Shown piece after piece: positions 11,215 through 24,231 of a stretch of 64,000 nucleotides of DNA. The stretch's first letter is position 1; each line of letters starts with the position of its first letter. Under the pieces are notes generated by a model. It had not been told where the DNA came from. It searched no databases and saw only the letters and a list, made by a program, of their open reading frames with translations. The stretch comes from Carcharhinus amblyrhynchos (Eukaryota): the NCBI GenBank assembly GCA_965287045.1, contig OZ336873.1:42780001-42844000 (forward strand), in the 5' to 3' direction. The translations under genes were made by a program, and so were the position numbers.

Positions 11215-12144
11215 GACTGCGGCAGGCAACAGGGCTCTCTGTATCCATTTTGGAAATATATCTTAAACTTTGTAAAGGCCAGTAACAACTGAGATTTTTC
11301 TTGGAGTGCTATTTCTAGATCTTGTTGAACTTTTCCGAGAAGTAGCCAATTGGTCTCTCTTTTCAGAATCCATCCTCCTATAGGAGAACAGTCGCTATTC
11401 TGATGTCACTCGTATCAATAATTACTTTAAATGCTTGGTTAAAATTCAGAACTGCAAGCTCAGGCTTGCCTTTTAGAACAGCCTTCAGTAAAAGCTGTCT
11501 GGTATTCCTCAGTCCATACTACCTTTGCTTTTTCCTGTAGTATGTCTTTCAGTCGGCAGCTATTGTGTTAAAGTTTGGGATGAGCTTGTGGTAGAATCCA
11601 CACATTCCCAAGAACCTGATGAACTCGTGTTTCATGGTCAGCATTGGGAACTGGGTTATGACCTGTACTTTCACAGCCCTTGGCAGTATCTGTCCTTAAC
11701 CGTCTGTGTCCTAGATAATCCAGTTCACCTTGAGCAGGCTCCCTCTTTGCGAGACTGAACACAAAGCCAGCTATCTGTAGCCTCTAGAAAAGGGCTTCCA
11801 GTGGCTCTATGTGGTTTTTCAGATGTCACTAGGAGGTCATCCAGGTACAATACGCAGTTGGAAAAGCTGACCACTACCTGGTTGATCGGCCTTTGAAAGG
11901 TAGCTGGGGCATTTCAGAGTCCCAGGGCATAGCTCAAACCCGAAACACACCCCCCCCGGGCATAGCTCGACACTGGCATAATCTGTCTGGTGTTACTAAG
12001 ACAGAGAGATCCTTCACACAGGCTGTCAAGGGAACATGCCAATATCCATCGAGTAAATCTATCTTTGTGTGATATAGGCTGCTTTATCTATCCTATCTAA
12101 CTAGGCTATTGTAAAAGAATAGCTCAGTTTACTGAATTAACTAT

Positions 12145-12327
12145 TTGTGGCTTTCCTCCAAGTGCTCTGGTTTCCTCCCACAGTCCAAAGATGTGCTGAT
12201 TAGGTGCATTGGTCATGCTAAGTTCTCCCTCAGTGTACTCAAACAGGTGCCAGAGTGTTGCGACTAGAGGATTTTCACAGCAACTTCATTGCAGTGTTAA
12301 TGTAAGCGTAATTAATAAATAAACTTT
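12145..12327 (+). mobile_element. V-SINE 3' part, tail type B, inside the Gypsy RT
   Basis: V-domain followed by GCGACTAGAGGATTTTCACAG...TAATAAATAAA. Confidence 0.85.
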
Positions 12328-13157
12328 ACATTGCTTAATTCAGTAGTCAAAGCAGAACGTTGCGGAACCATTCGGTTTGGGCACGAGCACAACTGAGGAA
12401 CTCCAGCAACTGTTGCTATGCTCTTTCATTGGTATTCCAGCATGTCGTTGATCTCCTCCTGGCTCTGAGCCAGCTGTTCTGAGTCTACATAATAGGGATG
12501 TTGCCTTATAGGAGGGGCCTCTCCCACACTGAGATCAAGTAGGGCTAGGGTGGAGCGGCCAAGCTTGTCTCTTCACAAGTCATTTAACTGCAGTAAGCAG
12601 CTTTGTCAGTTCTGCTCACTGCTGTGCACCTAGGTGGGAGGACAAGGAGTCTAAGTTGGTTAGTATTTCGGTATTGGTTAGCAGGGTGATAGAGGGTTTA
12701 ATGTGAGCCTCACCTACATCTCCCTCCAATTAATTTCCAGCACTACCCTCACCCTCATGGTCAGTGGAAATGGGACATACTGTTACTTGCTTGTCTCATT
12801 CTCAGCTTGACATTGCTCTATCACGTTGACACAGCCTTTACTTATTCCCTCAATCTGGAGTGTCCATTAGATAGTTCAGTTCCTCGTGCTTCTTTGCTTC
12901 TGTGTACAGATCACTGAACTGGGCTTGTAAGGGTTCAACAGGTATTGGTAAGAGTATTAAAGCAAAGAGGATCCTAGCTGGAAAGATTTGAGCCTTGGCC
13001 ACTTCTGTTTTCATAGCTTGAGGAGGAATTTGAGAAACTGTGGAAATCTTTACCGCAGAGAGCCGGACAGGCTGGGTCATTAAGTGTGTTCAAGGCTGAG
13101 ATATTTAACCAGTAAGGGAATTATGGACATAAGGCAGAAAAGTGGAATTGTAGAGAC

Positions 13158-13487
13158 ATTGGATCCCTACAGTGCAGAACGAAGCCATTTGGCCCATCGA
13201 GTCTGCACTGGCTCAATATCTTACCCAGGCCCACACGGACACCCATGGCACCACCCTTCACCCCTGCCTGATCTCTCTATCCCAAATCCACCTTACCTAC
13301 CCAACTTGGGACACTAAGGGGCAATTTAGCATGGTCAATCCACCTGACCTGCACAGCTTTGGAGTGTGGGAGGAAACCAGAGCACCCGGAGGAAACCCTT
13401 GCAGATAATTACCCAAGATCAGAATTGTGCTCAGATCCCTGACACCGTGAGGCAGCAGTGCTAATCACTGAGACACTATGCCACCCA
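13158..13487 (-). mobile_element. V-SINE, tail type A
   Basis: Head, V-domain and tail on the minus strand. Confidence 0.85.
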
Positions 13488-13492
13488 GAGTT

Positions 13493-13835
13493 AGAATCAT
13501 AGAATCCCTAAAGTGCAGAAGGAGGTCATTTGGTCCATCAATTCTGCACCGTTTCTCCGAAATAGCATCCCACCCAGAATCCATCTGTGTAACCCCATGT
13601 ATTCACCCTTAACCTACACATCTTTGTTAACTAAAGGACAACTGTGCATGGCTAACCTAACCCAAACATCTTTGGACGGCGGATAGTGGGAGGAAACTGG
13701 AGCACCCAGAGGAAACACATGCAGACACAAAGAAAATTTGCAGACTCAGTACAGCTAGTCACCCAAAGCCAGAATTGAACCCAAGTCCCTGGCACTACGA
13801 GGCAACAGTACTGTAACTACTGTGCCACCGTGCTG
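13493..13835 (-). mobile_element. V-SINE, tail type A
   Basis: Head, V-domain and ATTCTATG tail on the minus strand. Confidence 0.85.
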
Positions 13836-14894
13836 CTGTCTCGTCCAAGAAGGCATTCTTCACATTGCAGCTGTACTGGTATGTTGCTTGCAGAAAGGCA
13901 TTGGACATTTTACCTGACACTGTTCCCACATCACCATACACACATAAGCTTTCCTGCAGGTGTTGCAGGGTAAGGGATGATATGGAGAAATACCCCAGGG
14001 CTTACCTCCTCAGATCCAACCAAAACAGGCTGATGTCAACCATGCCCTCCGGAGCAGCACCCGGATGAGATGAGTGTGGGGGTCCACCTGCTCTGTGGTT
14101 TTGATACATCAGTGGCTGGTGCATTTAGCCACTTAGACATCAGGAGAAGTCCATTCATCGCCTCCAGGCTTTCCACCATTCAACCCATCTTAGTTCCATA
14201 ACCTTTAGTATCCCTACCCAACAAAAATCAGTGGAGCTTCAAAATATGATAAATACTGTTCATCAATTACACGACAGCACTAATACAGAGGGCTGGAGGT
14301 ACAGGTTTATCCTCTGCACATTAGATGCCCCATCTCAGCCATGCCACCATGGGGATACCTGAGGTGATAATCAGAAGGAGATTGCTTCCCACAAGCCTTT
14401 CTGTTGCTCAGTACACTAGGGAAAGGCTTTGAGAGCAGAATTTGCTACTGACTCTTCAATTGGAGACGTGGGATGATGGTACGTGAAGCATGTTGCTGGG
14501 ATGGTGGTCTATGGCTGACAATAAGTAATTTGCACCCACAGTATCAGTAATGAAAGACAAGAGACCCCAGCTACTGTAGTTATCTGCTAAACACGAAAAG
14601 TCAATGTCAGCCTGCTGTGAAGATAGGTATATTATATCAATGTGATATCCTGAAATACATTAAATACTTCTCTGCATTCCTATGTGATATGTTGATACTT
14701 GAAAAAGGTGGGTCACCAAAAGGCCTTCTTAATTACAGGGTGTAACAGAATGAGAAACATCAAATTTGCAGTTCAAATCCTAACTCTGTTATTCCCCTCA
14801 CCAATCTCAATTGACCCCCTTCCTCTCCACCCAGCTCCCACATGTGGAAGATGATATTGTTCCATGTTCAGCAGCAGCCCCACTTCTCTATCAA

Positions 14895-15240
14895 CATATG
14901 AAAATAACTGGAATGGAGAGGTCAGCTAGTTCATCAAGCCTACTCCACACAACCATCCAATCTGACTCCTGCCCTAGTTAAAGAGAGTCAGCACCCAACG
15001 CTCCAGAAGTTCACTGCTCTCTAGGGTAAGAACAGCCCAACATCCAGTGTATTCCTACACTTACATAATCTAAACTCATGTCCTTACATCCTCATCAATC
15101 TATCAAACCAGAATAATCTTCAACAGGCACATTATCCAACCCTTTTATTATTTGCATGAACCTCGATCAAGTCACCTCTATGTCTACACTACTCCAGAAT
15201 AAATAACACATCCTATCCTACCTCATCTTTCACGTCAATC
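14895..15240 (-). mobile_element. Old CR1 3' fragment
   Basis: The minus strand encodes RGDLIEVHANNKRVG; degenerate. Confidence 0.55.
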
Positions 15241-15826
15241 AATGTATACTAACAGTATATAGTATAGAATCAGCTGCCTACTAAAAATCAGCAGCCTTAC
15301 CCCAATCTTGTTCTGATCCAATAGTCACACACCAGCGCTTTTCCAACAATGCGTGGTTACCGAATAGTTAATATGGAGTAGGAATCCTGACTGACGTGTC
15401 TCTTCCTAATCTGTGGATGCTTCGGGCCAATTGTGTTGGCTTATTTTTGTTCTTTCATTGGCAGCCTTCCATCTCATGAGATGATGTTTTGTGCCTCGGT
15501 GGTTAACTCTATGTAGCTAAGGATTATCATATCAGAGCAGTCATGATTTCATTGAATGGCAGAACAGAATGGCTTACTTCTGCTCCTACATCTTATGATC
15601 TGCCTGGAATTTTCAAATGTTCTCAGGTCACCTCATAGGTCCTCCTGAGCTGCTCCCAGAACAAAGTTGCATTGTCTGAAATGGAAGATTGCTCCTTCTT
15701 CTCGAAACACCTCTCAGATGCCCTTGCTCTTGGTGCACATAAACTAATTCAAATGGAGTAAAACCAGTGCACTCACTGGATACACCCCTGGTTGCAAACG
15801 AGAGGAAATCTATTCCTTTATCCCAG

Positions 15827-16140
15827 TCATAGAATTCTACAGTGCAGAAGGAGGCCATTTGATCCATCACATCAGCGCACAGTCCCACCCAGGCCCTATC
15901 CCCAAAACCCCATGCATTTACCCTAGCTAGTCCCCCTAACACTAAGGAGCATTTTAGCATGACCAATTCACTTAACTTGAACATCTTCGGACGATGGGAG
16001 GGAACAGGAGCACCCGGAGGAAACCCATGCAGACACAGGGAGAATGTGCAAACTCCACACAGACAATGACCTAAGGTGGGAATAGAACCCAGGTCCCTGG
16101 CGCTGTGAGGCAGGAGTGCTAACCACTGTGCCACCGTGTC
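15827..16140 (-). mobile_element. V-SINE, tail type A, inside the integrase
   Basis: Full SINE flanked by a CCAGTCA duplication (about 15823 and 16143). Confidence 0.9.
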
Positions 16141-16788
16141 TTCCAGTCACAGGGATACTCAAGTGGTGGAGTTGCTCAAAATAGGAATGCTAACTTTGAA
16201 TTGTGCTGAGCTGGTGATCATAAAGAAACTGTATCAATATGAAAATGTGTGGGCAAACTGGTTAATGCATCAACAATTTGTTCAGCATTCAGAGCATACA
16301 TGCTTTTGTCTATTGATTTCTGTTTTGGTGCAAGGTGAACTCCTGGATATTGTAGAGGGTTGCACCATTGTTTGTAGTGTTCCAAAGGAAAGGTGAAACA
16401 AATATGAATTACCAACTGTTTCAACAATCTACCGTCTGGATTACTCAGCTTGTCCAGTTCAGGATAAGTCGCATTGAAAACAGTCAGCGTGGCTCAGGAG
16501 AGTGGGATAACCTCTGATATGAATTTTTCAATCAAGGCACTTATGAAATTGATTTTCACATACAACTTAATACAACAAGCACAACAGAGTTAAGGGCACA
16601 GATAACTATCAGAAATTGAAACTACATTTGTGAAGGACATTGAATTTGAAGAAAATAATGTTGTTAGAATAATCTACAGGAAGGAAAGAAGTATGATGGA
16701 GGACATTTTAACCACAAAAAAGGAGGGGAACAACACTGCTTTTATGTGATATTCTGAATGGAAAATCAACCAGCTGCACTATATAAAT

Positions 16789-17111
16789 TTAGAATCCCAG
16801 TTTAGAAGGAGACCATTTGGTCCAACAAGTCTGTACCGACCACATTCTCTCCCATGCCCTATTCCCATAACCCCATGCATTTACCCTGCTAATCCCCTTG
16901 ACACTAAGATCAATTTAACATGGCCAATCAACCTAACCCGCATATCTTTGGACTGTGGGAGAAAACCAAAGCACACAGAGGAAATCCAAGGAGACACAGG
17001 GGGAACTCCACACAGACAGTCACCCAAGGCTGGAATTGAGCTGGGACCCTGTGCTGTGAGGTGGCAGTGCAACCATGGTTACACTGTGCCAACCACTGTG
17101 CCACCGTGCCG
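16789..17111 (-). mobile_element. V-SINE, tail type A
   Basis: Head, V-domain and tail. Confidence 0.85.
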
Positions 17112-17840
17112 CTCCCATATTGGATCAGTGGAGCCAGTAACATGCAAATACAAATTGCCACACAAAACAGGAACATACGATGTCAGCCCAAATGTAAAAC
17201 CGTAAACATTGTCTTACGGTGATACAATTAGCCATTCCCTCGATTGTACTTGAGTCATAAACCTCTCAGATATTTTTCACAAAGGCATATCATAAATGTG
17301 CAAAAAGAAAGCAGAGATGAAAAAGTTCATTGATGGACTGGGAAAGCATGAATGGGGAGAAAATGTTTGAGTTTTGGAAATGCAATGCTGTACTGACTAA
17401 CTGGCTTGCCATAGTCATGTGACTTGATCATGAAGATTCTGCTTCAGAAGGCAGATATCTTCAGATTGGTTCAGTTAAAGCCTCTCACAGAAACAGACTA
17501 AAGTACAGCTGTCCTTATTCTTGCAACAGTTTACAACTTTTAATAGATATGCAAAATTCTGGGTATGCCTATACCACAGGGACTGCAGCTGTTCAGGAAG
17601 GCAGTTTACCACCACCTACACCAGGACAATTTGGGATGGGCAGTAAATGCTATTCCAGCTATAAATGAATAAAAAAGTAAGAAAACAAGCATATGGAGAA
17701 GCTTAGGAGACCACGGAAAGTGGAAGATTGGGTAAGATTTTGGACAGTACCCTTGGGTTAGTATCATACCAATGTTGTTCAGTTTGCAATGTATTTGTTC
17801 ATGATTAGGCAATATTGATTTGTGTAATCAAACAAAGAAA

Positions 17841-18135
17841 CCATAGAACGCTTCGAGTCTGCACCAACAACAATCCCACCCTGGCCTTTTCTGGTTAGTT
17901 ACCCTGCTAATGCCTCTAATTTATCATATTCTGGGACACTAAGGGTTAATTTAGCATCTCAAATCAACCTGACCCGCACATCTTTGGACTATGGGAGGAA
18001 ACCGGGGCACCCGGAGGAAACCCATGCAAACACGGAGAGAATGTGCAAACTCCACACTGACAGTGACCCCAAGTCGGAAATCGAACCCAAGTCCCTGGAG
18101 CTCTAAGGCATCAGTGCTAACCACTGTGTCACCCC
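17841..18135 (-). mobile_element. V-SINE, tail type A
   Basis: Head, V-domain and shortened tail. Confidence 0.85.
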
Positions 18136-18865
18136 TTGCTCAACAACACAAAAAAATGATGTGACAAATGAATTCAAAATGGAAATCTGACCTGGAACTT
18201 GAACTCATCTCAGTGTACGAATTGTATGTATACAAGGTTGTTAAAAATTTCTGAGCAGCTTATTCACTCTGGAATGAGGAAGGTTTTTTCAACTGAAGTG
18301 GATATTGATTCTGTTCTCTCCCTTAATCCACTTGAAGTGAAATTAATTTGTTTTGAAAGAATTACTTGGCATAGCTTGAAAACTTGAAGACACTTTGCCC
18401 ATCCACTCTGGCTTGCATGTGAAAATTACAAAAATAATGAAGAACATTCAATGTACGGAGTCAGATTTTACATTTTATTAAGTTGATCCAGATATCAAAA
18501 ATGCTATTGAGCAACTTCTAGTAGAAGTTGAACTACTTAGTACTAAAACAATGTTGAAATATGGTGCAGGTAAAATGCAATTCCCAAAATCCCACTAGAT
18601 GCTCAGATTTGGTCAGGTAATCACCTTGAAATGATCAGGTTCATTACATATTATATATCCTTCTAACAATTCATCAAGTTCTCTTTTTCCTGGCTGTATC
18701 ACAGGTATCTATATTTCTAATCACTTGAAGTGGACCTGGTTCATTGAAATGATAGGACCCCACTATCCAATAACATCTACCTTAAGACATAATGTCCAAT
18801 AACATGCTGAATTTGTTATCTGACATGTCCCAGTCGAGACAGGACAGAAAATAAATACATATCTA

Positions 18866-19920
18866 TGTCACCCCGACTACTCTGCAAAAAATTGTCTTTT
18901 TTTTAATGGACTAGGCTTTTCTTGACTAGCTGTGACTTACAGCGAAGAAATTCCAAGCCGTCAGAGACTCGGTTTCTGTAAGGTGATACTAATGCCCTCT
19001 ATGACTGCTGACAATCAAATTCCAGAGAAATATATCAACCATTTTGCATTTCTAAGGCAGAATTCCAGCCTGAGAGATAATGGGTCTGTCACAACCAGCT
19101 ATGGACAAAGATATTTGTTTGTGAATCCCAAAATCCCAAGGTGGTATTAATAGCCTAATGTTACCTGCTCCCAAACACAATTAGTTTCAACCAGGAGGGC
19201 CCTATATACCTAATGAGATGTGAGCTGTCTGAATTCCTTTAATTGATAAGCTATTTGATGTAATCTTGAGTTGTTTGACTTCTGAAGGAAACAGTGTTCC
19301 AAGCAAAAGCCTACATTGTCTACCATCTTACCATCAAACAGCGGAAGGAGCTCTGATCAGGTACAATTGCCTAACCCTCGTCAAAGCTGCAAACTACTGG
19401 AACATGAGAACTGGTGTCTTCAAATCTAATTCAACTCAATGTGCCTTTTCCCCTTGTGGAAGTCTTGCTTCTGGAATGACAGATCACCCCGCAACAGTCA
19501 ACATCCCTTCTGAAGGAACATTCTATTATGCTTTTGATTCTGGACTCTGGACAGGTAAAATCCTAACTTGTATTTTACCGTACTCTTGCTTTGAACCCTC
19601 TTCTTTTCCCTTATTTCCCTTGTATTGTATGAGTGTAAAAAGGGACAGGCATTACAAAATCCACTTCCTGCATGTTGTGTGTGAAATGTAGTTTGTTTTA
19701 TCTTAGATTGGGTCACTGTATGAGTTATTCATAAATGACTAGAACACTTCAAATTTAAGGGTTAGGGGAATTGCACCACCACTAATAAAAAGGAAAGTCA
19801 AGAATCAAGAAAACACCTTTCTGTTCATAGACGAGTAGTGAGAGGAGAAATTAGGACTCTTTAAATTACTCCCACTCCGGTCCATGGACTGTTTAAATTA
19901 TTCTCACTCCAGTCCATAAT
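18866..19920 (+). mobile_element. Possible old solo LTR
   Basis: TGT start, TATA-like CCTATATA at about 19201, and an LTR-like 3' end containing a 32-bp tandem duplication (about 19854-19917). Boundaries are uncertain. Confidence 0.3.
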
Positions 19921-20410
19921 AAAAGCAAAGAGTTAAAGCTCACTCCAACATTTCCAATCTTTCTCAATCAATGAAGTATCATTCGGTGGAGGTAAAAGTT
20001 CAGGTTGGGGTTGCAGTTTGGTTGAATTATTTTTGTGCATCTTTACCACTGAGTTAGCAAATCTCTGCATCAGGCTATTTACGGAAACAATCAACAGACC
20101 ACAACATCCCATGCCATCTTGTTTTACAGAACCTTCAAGACCAATTTCAACTGCAAATATTGCCTTAAATTACAAATCTGTTCTTTCCTGATGCCAGCAC
20201 CCAGTTTTGCTGGCTTACAGCAGTTTAGTAGGTTTAAATTTTTAAAACTAAAAACAAGAATTTATATCTTCAACACTTTTTCTTGGGACATGATGGGTAA
20301 CTTAGTTGGGTACTAACATCAATTCTCTTAGCATAGCCGACACAACTGATTTGCAATATATACAATAATCATAATAATTGGCGGCCCCCAAGTTAACAAT
20401 AACAACTAGT

Positions 20411-21194
20411 TATTACTTACGTGGCGAAAAACTGCAGCAGGCGACGGTGCAGAGGGACCTCGGGGTCCTTGTGCATGAGTCGCAAAAACCCAGCTTGCAG
20501 GTGCAGCAGGTGGTCAGGAAGGCGAATGGGATGCTGGCCTTCATAGCGAGGGGGATTGAATATAAAAGTAGGGAGGTCTTGCTGCAGCTGTATAGGGCAT
20601 TGGTGAGGCCGCAGCTGGAGTACTGTGTGCAGTTTTGGGCGCCGCACCTGTGCAAGGATATTTTGGCCCTGGAGGGAGTGCAGAGGAGGTTTACTAGGCT
20701 GATACCGGAGTTGAGGGGGTTGAGCTATGAGGAGAGGCTGAATAAACTAGGCTTGTACTCGCTAGAGTTTAGAAGAATGAGGGGAGATCTCATTGAGACG
20801 TATAAGATGATGAATGGGATGGATAGGATAGAGGTGGAGAGACTCTTCCCGCTCAAAAAAGACAGTAGGACTAGGGGGCACAGCCTCAAGATAAAGGGGA
20901 GGCGGTTTAGAACGGAGTTGAGGAGGAACTTCTTCACTCAAAGGGTGGTGAATCTCTGGAATTCTCTGCCCGTTGAAGTGGTGGAGGCTGCCTCGCTAAA
21001 TATTTTTAAGAAGCGGGTTGATGGGTTTTTGATAAGAGAGGGGATTAAGGGTTATGGGGAGAGGGCGGGAAAGTGGAACTGAGCCACAACAGATCAGCCA
21101 TGATCTTATTGAATGGCGGGGCAGGCTCGAAGGGCTAGATGGCCTACTCCTGCTCCTATTTCTTATGTTCTTATGTTCTTATGTTCTTATGTTC
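20411..21194 (+). mobile_element. Young CR1 subfamily, 5'-truncated
   Basis: Intact RT C-terminal frame to 21082, CpG-rich, (TTCTTATG)4 tail, near-identical to 28942-29657. Confidence 0.97.
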
Positions 21195-23159
21195 AAACTA
21201 CATACAGAGGGTGTCAATATTTGCCATCTCCATTTGGCTTTAGGATCGATTCTGATGTTAAGCGCGGGGATTTACATGATTCCCGTGTTCCTGCCCCATT
21301 AGATGATTGGGTCACACGACCCTCCAGAGACTCGCTCCTTAAAAGGGCTCGCTACTACAAGCTATATCTTGGGAAACCTGGTGTGAGTCATCCGAGCTGT
21401 GCAATGAGCTCTGGGATTGTTTCCAAATTGTAGTCGATCTGACCTTTTCAAACTATTAAAATCATGGGAATGGGAGCATGTAGCATGTAAGGATGAGCCG
21501 ACATGTCACCAGCAAATATTGGAAAGAGCTACAATCACAATTGAATCTTATATTTCAGGGAAGGCCCCACCCAAATGACAAACCTTTTATTTGTTTTTTC
21601 GTGGAGTGTAAGCCTTGCTGGCAAGACGAGCATTTGTTGCTTCTCCATAATTTCCCCTTTCTAAGTGTGGGTGTACACCACATGGACTGCAATGATTGAA
21701 TAAGTTGACTCTTTAACCACTACAGCAAGTGCACATCCAAACAGCACGGTACTTCCTTTCCATGCTGCAACCATCTGTGTGTTCCTGACTCTGTCGCGAT
21801 TCTTCGACAATTCTGACTATTACAGGATCCCTTTGGAGCTGAAACGGGCTGAGATACGTCATCATCATCCCAGACCGCCCAGGTTGGTTGGAAAGCCTGG
21901 ATGTCATTGGCTGGGTTAAAGCCCTGCAGACAAACACATTGCGGCAACTTTCAGGTTCCCAATGTACTGTCAGCCTGACACCCACTTCAAGCTGGTCTAA
22001 AGGGTAAAATTCAGCCCAATGTTTCAGTTTGCAAGAGCAGTCAATGAAGCTGATTTTGAATTTATTGTTGGTTATTGGAGGTTGTGAACTGTTCAGTGGA
22101 AGTGTGGTGCATACTAGTCTGTTGATTAATATTCTTATGACAAAATATAACAATACAACCAATAAACTGGTATGATAAACTCACAGTCATACAAACAATA
22201 TCCAACATGTAAAAATATACAGCCAAAATCCCATGACTGATATGAGCCACACAGGATTGAGGATCTCAACTGATGCATTGGGAGCCAAAACACTTTGTGA
22301 TATCACTATTGATCGATAACAATGTCACATTATGATCATCAAGCAATAAGATTGTGAAGAAACATTATTCTAAATCCCTTGTCTGATATTTTAACATTTT
22401 ATTCTTGTTTGATACAGAAAAGAATTAAAAGTGGTGATTTGATATTAAAGCATTCATCAAAGTCTCACTGTTGATAGGACCATTAATCTGCTAACTGAAT
22501 CATGTAATCAGCATATGCTGATAGAATGTTGTCACTGGGAAGGCCCTTGTGATGTGCCTGTGTAGCATGTGTGATTTTCCAAGATTCAAATCAATTCAGT
22601 CTCTAGCTATAAGTCAAATAATTGATTTGGTGAGAAATTAAGAAAACAGCTTCATGATCCACTTAACGTGTGGGAGTTATTCCTATCACACTGTTACAAC
22701 CAAGTCATGCTTTGATGTTTGTGTGATACTAATATCTTCGCTACATTTCATAATTACACACACATCTGCTAAGTGGAAAGACCTTTCAAGTGGAGATGCA
22801 CACCCTTTAATGTGCTCTTCATAGAAGGAAACAGAAGATTGACAGTAAGTTGTTCATGCCACTATGATACAAATTTACTGAATTCCACACAGGAAACTTT
22901 ATCCTGTGAATTATGTATATCGAAATGTGCTCTCAGGCAAGTTACACTATGTCCTCAACGTAATAGTTTAAATTAAATATTGGGAACTAAAACAGCTTAT
23001 TATCACTTAACCACATGGCCTGCACAATATTTGAAAATGGTGAATGACATATGATGTAAATCCTGCAAAACCTGCAAAAACAATTTGCATTTATATAGCA
23101 ACTTAAGGATAATCCAATGGACCAGCAACATTACATTGCAGAACTGCAACTGAAACAGT

Positions 23160-23262
23160 TGATAAGATGGCACATAATAGACCTTGTTAGTAAATTAAAG
23201 CCTTGGGATTAAAGCAACAGTAGCAACAATAAATGGCTAGTCAACAGGATGTGGATGGTAGT
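23160..23262 (+). mobile_element. Very old CR1 RT fragment
   Basis: DKMAHNR..SKLKALGLK-like sequence resembling the CR1 FDKVPHxRL..KL motif. Confidence 0.4.
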
Positions 23263-23264
23263 CA

Positions 23265-23377
23265 TGATCAGAGCTCCCACCCAACTGACGAAGGAACAGC
23301 CAGGTCCGAAAGCTAGTGGTGTTTGCCACAAATAAACCTGTTGGACTTTAACCTGGTGTTGTGAGACTTTTTACTGT
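23265..23377 (+). mobile_element. Penelope-like terminal repeat fragment with a degenerate minimal hammerhead motif
   Basis: CTGACGA...CGAAAGCTAGTGG...AAATAAACCTGTTGGACTTTAACCTGGTGTTGTGAGACTT; same family as 62934-63176. Confidence 0.8.
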
Positions 23378-24231
23378 AGTTGACAGAAAGCAGGGAGCAA
23401 TGATAAGCTGTAGATTTGGATGGAAGAATAACGCACCCAGTGAGCTATGTTTACCCATAAGTTGGCACATAAATGGAATGGCAATATCAACAGCGATTCT
23501 GTGAAAAGATTGAGTTTGAACCCAAAACATCATATCCATCCAGGAACAGGCCCTTAGCCTCAAGAGGAAATGATCTCTTTCTTTATTTCTTTGTCTTTGC
23601 ATCAAATTTCCTTATTGCATTAATTAACAATGCAAAATAAAGCACAAAAACTAACCACGCTGAGTATATGCAAAGAGCTCCTTCATATTTAAATGAAACC
23701 TCAAGCAAACAGAACTGTTCAAAGAATGTAACATCATAAATGGAAAAGATGCAAATGACTTTGTGAAAGGCAATCCAAATGAAGGAATCACAATAAATGG
23801 TGTGCACAATGGACATCACTCTGGACAGACAAAGACATTTCACAGAGAATCTGTGGAATGCAGCATCTCAAAGAGAGAACTGCAATTGCTTAGAAATCCA
23901 CCCAATTGAGCAGAATATACACATTGTGAAAATGAGGCTTCTGCCGCTGGTACCTATTCTGTCCCCAAATGTTAGCATTAACTCTAAAGTACAGAATCTA
24001 CCAGATATTCCAGATGGTGTTTCTGCAGACTAGGACATTTCAAAGCAGGCAGTGTGGGACGAGGGCCAGTGGTACATGTGGACGGCTGGGTACATGTGCT
24101 AAAAGTGGTGCTATTATAGGATGAGGAGCAGGGTTGGAGTCTGGATCAGATGCTGCATTAGATCAGGGCCTGCACTGGGGACCACAACATGGGACTAAGG
24201 GATTAAGACAGTGGATCTTGATCTTTTTGTT

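Larger units (their letters stand above)
10200..16165 (-). mobile_element. Decayed, fragmented Gmr1-like Ty3/Gypsy pol (INT-RT-RNase H order)
   Basis: On the minus strand: integrase EYPC/DWDKGIDFLSFATR...TGFTPFELVY (16165-15620), GPY/F-like PVEPLQAQFSDLY..LNYLMDTPD (13025-12850), RT NAPATFQR...YLDD (about 11910-11838), and RNase H DRNP...QNARLFC*SLLLQP (10360-10200). Confidence 0.85.

Noticed and set aside
19266-19691. 141-aa ORF
   Set aside because: TTG start, no recognisable motif, and it lies in a probable LTR remnant.
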